A stretch of 64,000 bases of DNA, from the sequence record OZ346151.1. One strand, 5' to 3'. Below are positions 1 to 8,976 of this stretch, one piece after another. The first letter of the stretch is position 1, and each line of letters starts with the position of its first letter. Below the pieces are notes generated by a model, which made no database searches, had not been told where the DNA came from, and saw only the letters and a program-made list of their open reading frames with translations. Source of the DNA: a phage. The translations under genes and the position numbers were made by a program.

Positions 1-1397
1 TGAGTGCTTTAGAGTTCAAAGCCCCACCTAAGCGAGCATTTACCTCTACAGGAGATGTCAGTAAGATGGGGATAAAATGGTGTGAAGAGATGGGCTGCAA
101 AGACCACGATAAGATGGCTGATTTCTTGAGAGGTTATATTAAGGGCACCTCCACACCACAACCTTTACCTAAAGAGCTGATGGATCAGGCAATAAGCGAT
201 CTGCAACAGAAGCGAATGCCTGACTGCAAGATACCTATGAAAATCAGCAATCAGGACGACATTAAGCGATACCTGATCAGTGCTGGTTGGCTTCCGACAA
301 TGTGGAGAACTAAGGATGTAACTAAGGACAGCAAGAAGAAAGCTCTACCTGATGCAGATGTTGATGCACGAGTATATGCATACATGGACGAGCTTTTAGA
401 GTCAGAGTATTGTGACCTAATTATCAACTTCTGGAACAAAACTGATGCTAAGTTTCAGACAACAGTGCACAAGTTCCGAAGCTTTCCTAACTCCGAAAGG
501 ATTAAAAAGGAAGTGTTCGGGAAAATACGCAGAAAAGCCAGGGCACTTATTACTTCTCCGCAACTGAAAGATACGTTTGGACACCTATGTCCGAATCTTG
601 AAAAATTGAACGGAGAGATGGCTAAAGATATCGTCTTGTGGTTATCATTGCGAAACCGCAGATCGGTCCTTGATCCAATCAAGGAGGATAAGGTTGATAC
701 TGGTCTTCTTAATCACCCACGTTTGAAGATTGACCATAAGCTTCCTGCTAAAAGCTCTGGATTAACAAACACTTCCCGACAGAAACACAGTATTTGTGCA
801 AACATGCCTAAACCATCTCCTAAAGTGGTTATGGGTAAAGAGATGCGTAGCTTGTGGGGTGTTCCTCCTGGATACTTTGAGATCGGTATTGACGGGTCCA
901 ACTTAGAGCAGCTTATCGGGGCTTGGGGTGCCTTTGAGTTCGACAACGGCTTGTACTATGATGTTGTAAGTAACGGGGACGCACACCAAAACAATGCTGA
1001 GGCATATACAAAAGTAGCAGGCAGAGAGGTGTCTCGTAACGACGGTAAACCTATCACGTATGGGGTTATGTACGGGGCACAAAAAGATAAAGTTGCAGAT
1101 ATGCTGGATATCTCCCCAGAGTTGGGGCAAAGGGTGATCGATGCACTTTGGGATGCCAACCCAGGTCTTAAGGGGCGCAAAGAGGATCTGGAGAAATTCT
1201 GGGAAGCAACAGGTAAGAAGTTTATCTACTCTTTTGATGGTCATGCTATCTGGACCCGATCTAAACACTCTTTACTTAATGCATACCAACAAAATGGCGG
1301 CGCATCGTTGTGTGACTTAGTTGGGATACTCATGCACCATCAAATGGTGAAGCGTGGGTGGTACGATGAAGGTGTTCGTCGTATTATCTATTACCAT
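1..1397 (+). CDS. DNA polymerase, family A (Pol I/T7-like), exon 1; 5' end lies outside window
   Basis: Frame 3 is open from window start. Motif A-like GIDGSNLEQL and motif B KPITYGVMYGAQ present. ORF track 66..1403 ends ...IIYYHK-stop exactly where motif C HDE is expected. Confidence 0.85.
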
Positions 1398-2239
1398 AAA
1401 TAACATTGTGGCTTCGTGCAGTGATGCACGTCGAAAACCTCTTTAATTGACGGGAAGGCTAAGTTGACTTTTACACCTAAACATGGTAAAAGCTCAATAT
1501 GCTAATCCGCAGCGAAGACTAAAGGGGTGTAGTTAAAATGGCTAGATCAGTTGAGTATCACGGATATACCGTGTTTGATGATGGAACAATACCTTTATCG
1601 AAACGTGATCATACAACAATGTTTTGTTTTGATAATGGTCGAGGTTACCTTTGCGTAACCATGTTCATCGAGGGGAAGCAGTGCACAAAAGGTGTCCACC
1701 ACTTGGTTGCTGAATGCTTTGTATCAAACCCTGATCCTGAAAGGCTCACATGGGTGAACCATAAGGACGGAAACAAATACAACAATGCATACTGGAACCT
1801 TGAATGGACCACCCCTGGTGGAAATATCAAACACGCTTATGATAATGACCTCAGAGTAAGGCCAGTCGGTGAGTATAATGCCAACGCTGTACTGACCGAG
1901 GATGAGGTAACGGAGATTTGCGAACTGTTACAAAGTGGTTTACGACAATGCGAGATTAGGGATCTTGGGTATCCTTATGAGACGGTCAGAGCCATAAAGC
2001 AAAGAAGACAGTGGAAACATATCTCTAAAAACTACACCTGGTAGTAACGTTCAGAGACTATCGAAAGCATAGCGCCAACATAAATTGGTGCGAAGAAGCG
2101 AGTAGAGTAGACCAGCAAGTGCGGTCGAAATGGGAGGTGCCTTGGTAACAAGGTAGTGAGATAGTCCGATCCATACAGGAAACTGTATGGCTGTGCACGT
2201 AATGGTGCGGGGTAGCTTAACGACCTACCTGAACTATTG
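1398..2239 (+). mobile_element. Group I self-splicing intron inserted in DNA polymerase motif C
   Basis: Conserved core elements in canonical order: P AATTGACGGGAAGG (1445-1458), Q AATCCGCAGC (1504-1513), R GTTCAGAGACTA (2049-2060), S GAGATAGTCC (2158-2167). Exon 1 ends with U (1397), intron ends with G (2239). Joining 1397 to 2240 restores ...YYH-DEYQL... in frame. Confidence 0.8.
1538..2044 (+). CDS. HNH homing endonuclease (intron-encoded, between Q and R elements)
   Basis: 168 aa; HNH motifs VHHLVAECFV ... VNHKDGNKYNN ... NLEW; ATG at 1538 inside intron. Confidence 0.85.
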   Translation: MARSVEYHGYTVFDDGTIPLSKRDHTTMFCFDNGRGYLCVTMFIEGKQCTKGVHHLVAECFVSNPDPERLTWVNHKDGNKYNNAYWNLEWTTPGGNIKHAYDNDLRVRPVGEYNANAVLTEDEVTEICELLQSGLRQCEIRDLGYPYETVRAIKQRRQWKHISKNYTW

Positions 2240-2593
2240 GATGAGTACCAACTTCAAGTCCCTGACACACCGAAGTATAAGACTGTGTACACCTTCGACA
2301 CAATCGAAGAACTGGAAGCATTTAAGGCAGAGCAGGAGGCCAAACTTCATGTGTTCGACGGTCATAAGTACAAAAAGGCACGCAAGGATGAGGACGGAAA
2401 CGAAGTGGTTGACAGAGACGGAAACACGGTGTACGATCCTATCCTGAACGATGACGGAAAGCTTGAACTTATCTGGAGCCCTGTGGGTGAAATGGTGGTG
2501 CATTGCTTCTGGCAAGCTTCTAAAATGATGGGCGTCCCGTTCCAGATCACGGGTGAATACCTGTGTGGTCGTAATTGGGGTGATTGTCACTAA
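2240..2593 (+). CDS. DNA polymerase family A, exon 2 (C-terminal 117 aa)
   Basis: Begins GAT GAG (DE) completing motif C; ends ...GVPFQITGEYLCGRNWGDCH, resembling Pol I (VPLLVEVGSGENWDQAH) and T7 pol (GPNWAICH) C-termini. ORF-track 2237..2593 begins 3 nt upstream at a TTG. Confidence 0.8.
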   Translation, partial: DEYQLQVPDTPKYKTVYTFDTIEELEAFKAEQEAKLHVFDGHKYKKARKDEDGNEVVDRDGNTVYDPILNDDGKLELIWSPVGEMVVHCFWQASKMMGVPFQITGEYLCGRNWGDCH

Positions 2594-2642
2594 TGTAAAC
2601 TATCAACACATGGAAGTGTTGTTGAGCAAAGAGGAGACTTTT

Positions 2643-2927
2643 ATGGTAGTAGAACCAACAAAAACATTTACATCCATGACTATCCCTGTTATTATGCAGG
2701 TGGAGTGTGTTCAGGTATCTCAAGTGTGGCCTGGCACCAAAATCCCGACAGGGCCTGATTTCTTTCAGGTTGGCAAAGTGTACAATGTCTGGAAGGCACC
2801 AGATTGTTACCCTTTCATCAAAGATGACCGTGGGATGCTGTGGTATCTTGGAAATGATTTGACACTGCACCTTGGGAATGCTATTATTGCAGTATTCAGA
2901 CTTAACAAGAAGGAGACTGATCAATGA
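2643..2927 (+). CDS. hypothetical protein
   Basis: ORF track 2553..2927; start refined to ATG 2643 preceded by GAGGAG. Confidence 0.45.
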   Translation: MVVEPTKTFTSMTIPVIMQVECVQVSQVWPGTKIPTGPDFFQVGKVYNVWKAPDCYPFIKDDRGMLWYLGNDLTLHLGNAIIAVFRLNKKETDQ

Positions 2928-3151
2928 CGACTTTGGTTAAAGCTACCTTTGTAGAAGAAAAGATGACAGACCTGTCATTCTTTAAAGAAGGAAAGACCTA
3001 CGAGGTTTATTACGATAAAGCTCGTGCAAATAAAATGATTAAAGACGAGGAAGGGGTTGCCTGGTTTATCTCCCATCTGGCAAACGGTGAGTATCATATC
3101 TACGGAACCACCCTGCTTGCCAAGTTTGTAGCTGTTGAAGAGGACCTATGA
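2924..3151 (+). CDS. hypothetical protein
   Basis: 75 aa ORF, start overlaps upstream stop (ATGA). Confidence 0.45.
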   Translation: MTTLVKATFVEEKMTDLSFFKEGKTYEVYYDKARANKMIKDEEGVAWFISHLANGEYHIYGTTLLAKFVAVEEDL

Positions 3152-3342
3152 AAGTAAAGTATCTGGCTGAGGGTATGAGTAGGTATTTCACCCTTGGTGA
3201 AGAATATTGGCCATTTACAAGCAACGGCGATGTCTACGTGAAAGATAATTTCGGCACGCCATGGTTTTTGCACCCTAACGGGTTAGGGTATTCTATTTAT
3301 CGCAGTGCAATGAGCGACACAACCCTTGCAGAGTTTGTATAG
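3148..3342 (+). CDS. hypothetical protein
   Basis: 64 aa ORF, translationally coupled. Confidence 0.4.
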   Translation: MKVKYLAEGMSRYFTLGEEYWPFTSNGDVYVKDNFGTPWFLHPNGLGYSIYRSAMSDTTLAEFV

Positions 3343-3352
3343 AGGAGGTAGA

Positions 3353-3724
3353 ATGTTAGTAAAAGGTACTCACACAGTCAAACAACGTATCGAAGTTGAG
3401 ATCGATGACTGCGAGCTGAAGCATATTTTACGGTCATGTTCCAACGTTTTGCTCCTTAGTATTCTCCAGGAGCGAGCGGAGAACGAGTTCTTAAATGCAC
3501 TGGCAGGCCGCCCTGGTGATTTCTGTGTGCGTAAGCGTGGTGACAACAAGTCATGGCTGTGGGAGATAGACGCAGAATGGGATTACCATAAAAATGAGGG
3601 TATAGATGAACCTATTCGTGAATTGACGGACAACGAGGTTCAGATGTACAATGAAGTTTGTCAGTGGGCAAAAAGTCAACAAACTTATCTTGATCCTTGG
3701 TGGATGATCGAAAATAGTCGTTGA
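3353..3724 (+). CDS. hypothetical protein
   Basis: ORF track 3326..3724; ATG 3353 preceded by AGGAGG. Confidence 0.45.
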   Translation: MLVKGTHTVKQRIEVEIDDCELKHILRSCSNVLLLSILQERAENEFLNALAGRPGDFCVRKRGDNKSWLWEIDAEWDYHKNEGIDEPIRELTDNEVQMYNEVCQWAKSQQTYLDPWWMIENSR

Positions 3725-3749
3725 CAGGAAGTAAGATTAGATATAAGAT
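3721..3749 (+). promoter_or_regulatory. sigma70-type promoter (TTGACA-N17-TAAGAT)
   Basis: TTGACA 3721-3726, -10 3744-3749, upstream of ORF 3801. Confidence 0.6.
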
Positions 3750-3800
3750 GCTTCACACAAACAGAGCGTTGATTGTTTAACACTTAAGGAGACCGCTAAG

Positions 3801-4055
3801 ATGAAAATTACTCTGAAGCCAGAATGCGTTGAAAATGACCGAGCTTTTAAAGATTGCACAATCGGTGCAATTTATGAAGCAGAGTTTTGTGAGAACCCTT
3901 TGGTAAAAGCCCTTCTGGAAGAAGGAGCTCCTCTATCACAGGAAGAGCTTGATGAGTTGGAAAACTCAGCACAGTGCCTTACCTTTAAAGATGATGAAGG
4001 AGACTCTGTCTGGTGCACTGTTAATGAAGTAGTTTTTGTAAAACCTGAACATTAA
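3801..4055 (+). CDS. hypothetical protein (paralog of 4119..4391)
   Basis: 84 aa; shares KPECVENDRAFKDCT and FKDDEGDSVWCT blocks with next gene. Confidence 0.5.
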   Translation: MKITLKPECVENDRAFKDCTIGAIYEAEFCENPLVKALLEEGAPLSQEELDELENSAQCLTFKDDEGDSVWCTVNEVVFVKPEH

Positions 4056-4058
4056 TGC

Positions 4059-4087
4059 TTGACAACAGTCATAGGGCCTACTATAAT
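4059..4087 (+). promoter_or_regulatory. perfect consensus sigma70 promoter (TTGACA-N17-TATAAT) with -10 in hairpin loop
   Basis: TTGACA 4059-4064, TATAAT 4082-4087; ATAGGGCC / GGCCCTAT inverted repeat flanks the -10. Confidence 0.7.
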
Positions 4088-4118
4088 GGCCCTATCAAAA
4101 CGAAAGGGGACCACAGCA

Positions 4119-4391
4119 ATGACCAAACAATATCAACGAATTAAAGCCAAGGTTAAGCCAGACTATCTGGAGAAGGACTCTGCTTTTCGGGACTGCACAG
4201 CTGACAAAGTTTACACAGGGGCCGTCCTGTTGAACGATGAACTTGAAGTAGATATTCTGGGTAAAGAGGCCACTATTAAGGACGACCAAGGCGATTATGT
4301 TTGCTGCACCACACGTGAGCTAGAAATCTTAGAATACTTCGGTGAAATCTTCACCTCTCTTGATGATTACTTAGATGATGAGGAAGCGTGA
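4119..4391 (+). CDS. hypothetical protein (paralog of 3801..4055)
   Basis: ORF track 4059..4391; start refined to ATG 4119 downstream of the promoter. Confidence 0.5.
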   Translation: MTKQYQRIKAKVKPDYLEKDSAFRDCTADKVYTGAVLLNDELEVDILGKEATIKDDQGDYVCCTTRELEILEYFGEIFTSLDDYLDDEEA

Positions 4392-4780
4392 TGAAAAATA
4401 TTTGGGATATCGATATCTTTGAAGCCTCTAAGCTTGATGGTGCTGATGGAGTGATTATGGTGTCTGATGGCAAAGCAACACTAACTTCCGGAGATATCAT
4501 CTATGCCTTGGACGAGCTGGCGCTTCTGAAATCTACCGGTAACACTTTAGAGGAGCGTCTTCAAGGCTTCGCCTTCAAAGAAGGCACAAATACCGCCATG
4601 ATGTGCACCACACGGACAGTTCAAGTTGGTAACGGTGTCTATATGATCATTGCTGTGTGTCCTAAATTCAGCAACGTCAACAAAGATGATGCTGACGCTG
4701 TCAACGATGTGGTTGTTCTCTTCGTGGGTGACGCTATGGCAGATCTGATGAATGCAGGAGAAGCAGCAAATGAAGACTGA
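4388..4780 (+). CDS. hypothetical protein
   Basis: 130 aa ORF, ATGA overlap with upstream gene. Confidence 0.45.
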   Translation: MMKNIWDIDIFEASKLDGADGVIMVSDGKATLTSGDIIYALDELALLKSTGNTLEERLQGFAFKEGTNTAMMCTTRTVQVGNGVYMIIAVCPKFSNVNKDDADAVNDVVVLFVGDAMADLMNAGEAANED

Positions 4781-5072
4781 AAACATCACCCCCGCAGGGT
4801 TCTTAAAAGTATACCGTGAACTGCTATATACTACAGAGGACAGTGTTCTAGAGTATCCAGAATATCTTTTGCTGTATAAGTATCTGCAGGAGGCTGGTGA
4901 AAATCTGCCAGTTAGTGCAGAAGGTGGTCCGAACTGGATATACAGCGCATGGAGAAAGGTTGACATTCTCCCAGATCCGGGTAAAGATATGGTAGTTTGG
5001 CAGCTTATCAACAACATCGGGATTCCAATCTTTGATGAAGCTGTTAAAATCTATTTTGAACTTGACGATTAA
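4770..5072 (+). CDS. hypothetical protein
   Basis: ORF track 4752..5072; ATG 4770 preceded by AGGAG. Confidence 0.45.
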   Translation: MKTENITPAGFLKVYRELLYTTEDSVLEYPEYLLLYKYLQEAGENLPVSAEGGPNWIYSAWRKVDILPDPGKDMVVWQLINNIGIPIFDEAVKIYFELDD

Positions 5073-5089
5073 TATCAGGAGACCTTAAG

Positions 5090-5335
5090 ATGGCTGAAGT
5101 AGTTGCTCGCGCAGGACAGAAAGTACGTTGTGTGGAAGTAGGTTTTGGTGGCAAAGGGTGTCAAAACTTGACTCAAGGTAAGGAATACGCTGTTATTTCT
5201 GGTGGTGGCGACGAGAGTATTGTGTTCGAGGGCCACATCCTGGATGCTGAAAACTTTGAAATCTTTGACGACGATGGAGATCCGATCACCTGCCTGCTGG
5301 ACGGGAATTGGGGAACTTTCGAAGTGATTGGCTAA
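5090..5335 (+). CDS. hypothetical protein
   Basis: 81 aa, RBS CAGGAG upstream. Confidence 0.45.
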   Translation: MAEVVARAGQKVRCVEVGFGGKGCQNLTQGKEYAVISGGGDESIVFEGHILDAENFEIFDDDGDPITCLLDGNWGTFEVIG

Positions 5336-5418
5336 CAAATACCTATTGTAATTTACAGAAGGGGATGCTAAAATAGTGTCTCCTTCTATGTTGTTCAAAT
5401 AAAATCGGAGATTCCATA

Positions 5419-5784
5419 ATGGAACAAATGAACGATCAAGCGTCGGTTGCGATGAACGAGCAAGAACAACCTCAAGAATTTTTCTTAGGGTTAAGTAAAG
5501 ATCAAGTGTCTCTTCTGCTAGTGCTTTCTTCTTTCATGGGAAGACTTCAGGAGCTCACACAACAGCCAGAGGCTGAACAATTATTCCAAGCTTTGCGTGA
5601 AGAAGAAAAATATCGTCGTTTGGACTATGCCTTAGGTTGGGTAGCTCAACAACGAGATATGCTGATGGCCCTCTCTGGGACCACAAGTTTTGCAATGGGG
5701 CTGTTGGCTCAAGTTCAGGACAAATTAATTCAAGCAGGGTTTGCACACACGGCAAACACTAACGAAGAACAAGGAGACAAATAA
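5419..5784 (+). CDS. hypothetical protein
   Basis: 121 aa, RBS GGAG upstream. Confidence 0.45.
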   Translation: MEQMNDQASVAMNEQEQPQEFFLGLSKDQVSLLLVLSSFMGRLQELTQQPEAEQLFQALREEEKYRRLDYALGWVAQQRDMLMALSGTTSFAMGLLAQVQDKLIQAGFAHTANTNEEQGDK

Positions 5785-7010
5785 TGAGCGTTATTCAACA
5801 ATTCGCTAACCCGATGAATCCGCGTGAAACTGTTTTACTGGCTCACGGCATGATTAAACGTGTCAGCATCAAGCCTATCAAAGGTGCTGATCCTACAACA
5901 GGTATTAAAACCACTGTGTGGCAAGGTAAGAAAATTGAATCCAGCCACACCATCTCTTTACTGATTTCTGAACTGGATTCCTCTGATAACCTGCTTCAAG
6001 GTGGTGAAGAAGTTTGGATCAGCATGGGTGATAAGCTGCTTAAACCTGGTCATCAAGACTCTGTCTCTGTTAAAATTGATGACAAGTGGGAAACCGTAAC
6101 GCCGGGATGGATCGTAAATATTCCTTTGAAGGCAAACGAGCATAACGGTAAGACCTATTACAAAGGCTCACTGGCTAAGATGGTCAAGCTGGGTGCAGGA
6201 GAGGCTCCAGCAGCGACTCAGCAGCAAAAACAGCAACAAGGTGCACAATCACAAGGCCAGAAGCAGAAACCTCAGCAGAATGCCAATCAGGACGTTTTAC
6301 GCATCTATGGTGATGTGACTCAGATTGTTGGCAACGTGGTTACTGTTAATGACCACAAGATTGGCGAAGGTGCTATGGTTGTAACTGATGAGCAGCTTAA
6401 AGACCTGGTGGTAGGTGGTCGTGTTGCAGCCATTGTTGACAAAGACACCGGAAACATTATCAGTGGTTTCAAGGCCTATCCTCCTAAGGCAGAGAACGGC
6501 ACTCAAGGCTCTGGTGGCAAGCGTAAATCCTCTTACGACCCTATCGGTGTGGAAACGGGGCATAGCATCAATGCGTTGCAGATCATCCTGGATCGCGGGT
6601 TTAAGGTAGACGACCCACTGGGCGTGGCTAAAACACTGCACGTAGTCACCATTGAGCTTAAGAAAGAGTATGCTCAAGCCACCAACCGAGCTGAAGATGA
6701 AGTAGGTGCCAGTGTCGGTAATGCGGTGTTGAACGCTTGTCGCCGTATTGACAAGAAAACGAAAGTTGATGATTTTGCAGTGGCAATTACTGCAGAAGCA
6801 AAAGATGTCTTGACTAATCTAGCTGAGCCGTTGTACGATTGGATCAAGAACGGTGCTGAGTCCACTGACCATCAAGAACCTCAGGCTGCCAAACAGGAAG
6901 CAGCTCCACAGCAAAACACTGTAGACGCTCCTCCTGTAAATGATGCGGAAGATGACCCAATGGATCAGAATCCAGCACAGTACGTCTTTGATGATGACAT
7001 CCCATTTTAA
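5784..7010 (+). CDS. SSB-like protein with conserved acidic C-terminal tail (DDDIPF)
   Basis: 408 aa; Q-rich linker; terminates ...YVFDDDIPF, matching the bacterial SSB C-terminal tip. Confidence 0.55.
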   Translation: MSVIQQFANPMNPRETVLLAHGMIKRVSIKPIKGADPTTGIKTTVWQGKKIESSHTISLLISELDSSDNLLQGGEEVWISMGDKLLKPGHQDSVSVKIDDKWETVTPGWIVNIPLKANEHNGKTYYKGSLAKMVKLGAGEAPAATQQQKQQQGAQSQGQKQKPQQNANQDVLRIYGDVTQIVGNVVTVNDHKIGEGAMVVTDEQLKDLVVGGRVAAIVDKDTGNIISGFKAYPPKAENGTQGSGGKRKSSYDPIGVETGHSINALQIILDRGFKVDDPLGVAKTLHVVTIELKKEYAQATNRAEDEVGASVGNAVLNACRRIDKKTKVDDFAVAITAEAKDVLTNLAEPLYDWIKNGAESTDHQEPQAAKQEAAPQQNTVDAPPVNDAEDDPMDQNPAQYVFDDDIPF

Positions 7011-7072
7011 CATTTAGTTAACATAGCCCTGCCAGAAAGGGTGGGGTATTTTTGTATAAGGAGATCTAAAAA

Positions 7073-7489
7073 ATGACATTAGAAGATATCATTGTTAAAC
7101 CTGAGAACTATGACCAATACAACCTGTCAACTCAATCTGTAGACCTTGGATGCGCCACGGTCAGTGCGTGGCTGGTTAACGGAAAAGAGCTGGATAAATG
7201 CTTAGAAGCTCACATGTCTATTAACAAGTTTCTGGATGAAAATACTCACTGGCTTGAGGGTGCAGGAGTATATGCTTCATGGTTGGAAAGTATGGGATTC
7301 GACTACCAATCTGAAGAAGGGTGGTGGAGCTATTTAGCTATCTGCCCAGAGACGCTGCAATGCTTCATGAAATATTCTGAAGATTTGGAGTACCGGGCGG
7401 TGGTTGATAGTGCTATTGCCCGTTATAGCCGTAAACCTTTTTCCCACGACATTAAAACTGTGGAAGAGTTTGTTGAAGTTTTCTGTTGA
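7073..7489 (+). CDS. hypothetical protein
   Basis: 138 aa, RBS AAGGAG upstream. Confidence 0.45.
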   Translation: MTLEDIIVKPENYDQYNLSTQSVDLGCATVSAWLVNGKELDKCLEAHMSINKFLDENTHWLEGAGVYASWLESMGFDYQSEEGWWSYLAICPETLQCFMKYSEDLEYRAVVDSAIARYSRKPFSHDIKTVEEFVEVFC

Positions 7490-7585
7490 CACAGGTGGAA
7501 AGGTGTGCAATTATAACTTCATAGAACGGGAGGACGTGATGAACGAAGAAAACTGGGATGTATAACTAACAGGAGGCCACTGCCC

Positions 7586-7783
7586 ATGATTTATCGAATC
7601 CGTGTAAGAGAAGATGCACCAGGCTGTTACTTTGACTGGCGTGGGTGGTGGTTTCTCCACCCAATGGATGGACTCACAGATAGAATGCTGGATGCTGCCC
7701 TTTATACAGATACCGACATAGAATATAATCTCTATCTGAAGGACGGTATAGATAACGGCCTGTTTGAAGCAATTCCTGTGTAA
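7586..7783 (+). CDS. hypothetical protein
   Basis: 65 aa, RBS AGGAGG upstream. Confidence 0.4.
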   Translation: MIYRIRVREDAPGCYFDWRGWWFLHPMDGLTDRMLDAALYTDTDIEYNLYLKDGIDNGLFEAIPV

Positions 7784-7851
7784 GAGACTGTAATAGCTAT
7801 GTTTTATGATCTTCCTGTAGCACCACCACCTGTTGAACCCGGAGAACTAAG

Positions 7852-8277
7852 ATGATCTATGAAATGCCAAAACTGATTCGTGACGATGCCCAAAACGCCC
7901 ACACCTTTATCATGGGCAAGCGCATGGATATTATTTGTCATAAAGATTTCTGGGAAGGTAGTTACTTCACAGAATATTTTGGTAAACTGGATAATGGTCT
8001 GCTGATCCAGTTCTACACCGATGCGGAAAACAATATCTGCTGGGAGTTCGAAACTGAAGATATCCATAAACTTTTCACCTTCCTAGGTATTAAGGTTGAG
8101 GCCAAGTTTGAAGAAGGCGAGTGCGACGATTGTGGATTCTACGAGGTAACAGATTTCTATCTCCCAAGTGGTGAGAACCTTTACTATGAAAGCCACTTCG
8201 GCAACTCAAATATGCCACAAGGTTGGGATGAGTTTTTTGAAATTGCGGAAGAGGAGCTGACATACCGTGATTATTGA
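7852..8277 (+). CDS. hypothetical protein
   Basis: 141 aa ORF. Confidence 0.45.
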   Translation: MIYEMPKLIRDDAQNAHTFIMGKRMDIICHKDFWEGSYFTEYFGKLDNGLLIQFYTDAENNICWEFETEDIHKLFTFLGIKVEAKFEEGECDDCGFYEVTDFYLPSGENLYYESHFGNSNMPQGWDEFFEIAEEELTYRDY

Positions 8278-8725
8278 TACTGTAGCGGGAGATTTAATCT
8301 CCCTTTTTAAGAGCGGTGCTGGTCACCTGATCCACGGTTGTAACTGCTTTCATACAATGGGTGCAGGCATAGCGAAAGATATTGCCCGTGAGTTCCCTCA
8401 AGCACTGGCAGCCGACAAAGAGACTGCCTATGGTAATCTGGACAAGCTGGGTATGTTTTCTTGTTGGGAGCATTTTGCCAAGAACAGGGTCGTATATGGA
8501 ATCAACCTGTATACCCAGTTCTACCCAGGGCCCAATGCTGAATACTTCTCAATAATGAAAGGTTTTGAGCGAGTCAACGAGGTATTCAAAGGTGTGTCAT
8601 TGCCGTTCTACATTCCTAAAATTGGATGCGGTATTGGCGGTCTAAAGTGGGAACATGTAGAAGATGTAATTAATCTTGCAACCACAGATATTGATGTGGT
8701 TGTAGTAGAGTACAAAAAGTGTTGA
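8267..8725 (+). CDS. Macrodomain protein (TARG1/DarG-like ADP-ribose hydrolase family)
   Basis: 152 aa; motif HLIHGCNCFHTMGAGIAKDIAREFP typical of TARG1-like macrodomains; GTG start with GAGGAG upstream. Confidence 0.55.
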   Translation: MIIDTVAGDLISLFKSGAGHLIHGCNCFHTMGAGIAKDIAREFPQALAADKETAYGNLDKLGMFSCWEHFAKNRVVYGINLYTQFYPGPNAEYFSIMKGFERVNEVFKGVSLPFYIPKIGCGIGGLKWEHVEDVINLATTDIDVVVVEYKKC

Positions 8726-8750
8726 CGACCATCTTCTGAGGTGATATAGT
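8722..8750 (+). promoter_or_regulatory. sigma70-type promoter (TTGACG-N17-TATAGT)
   Basis: Sequence match at 8722-8727 and 8745-8750. Confidence 0.45.
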
Positions 8751-8976
8751 TTCCACAACAACTAAGAGAGGAGAGCACTGTGGAGACTAAAATCTTAATT
8801 CTTGCTGTGGTAGATACAACCGAAGGAGCTATATTCGAATCTGCAGGGAGGTATTTCTACCTACCATACGGAAAAAGAACTTCCGAGCCAAGTAAAGATT
8901 CAATCCTCAAGGTGTTCCCGTGTGCTTTCTGGCTGGAGATTTTGGTATAAGATTGCAGAGGATTTGGGAGAGAATT

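Noticed and set aside
251-1268. Five minus-strand ORFs (251..439, 455..682, 713..946, 903..1268, 956..1180) inside the polymerase coding region
   Set aside because: All lie antisense within a conserved polymerase reading frame with recognisable motifs; no translation signals; typical antisense shadow ORFs.
2187-2924. ORFs 2187..2447 (+), 2234..2590 (-), 2362..2550 (-), 2547..2924 (-) around the intron/exon 2 boundary
   Set aside because: They overlap the intron 3' core and polymerase exon 2 or are antisense to the following gene; the 2237..2593 ORF is better explained as exon 2 beginning at 2240.
7027-7056. Rho-independent terminator after the SSB-like gene (G-rich segment followed by TATTTTT)
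   Set aside because: No clean complementary stem could be built (CCCTGCC versus GGGTGGG do not pair); a T-run alone is insufficient.
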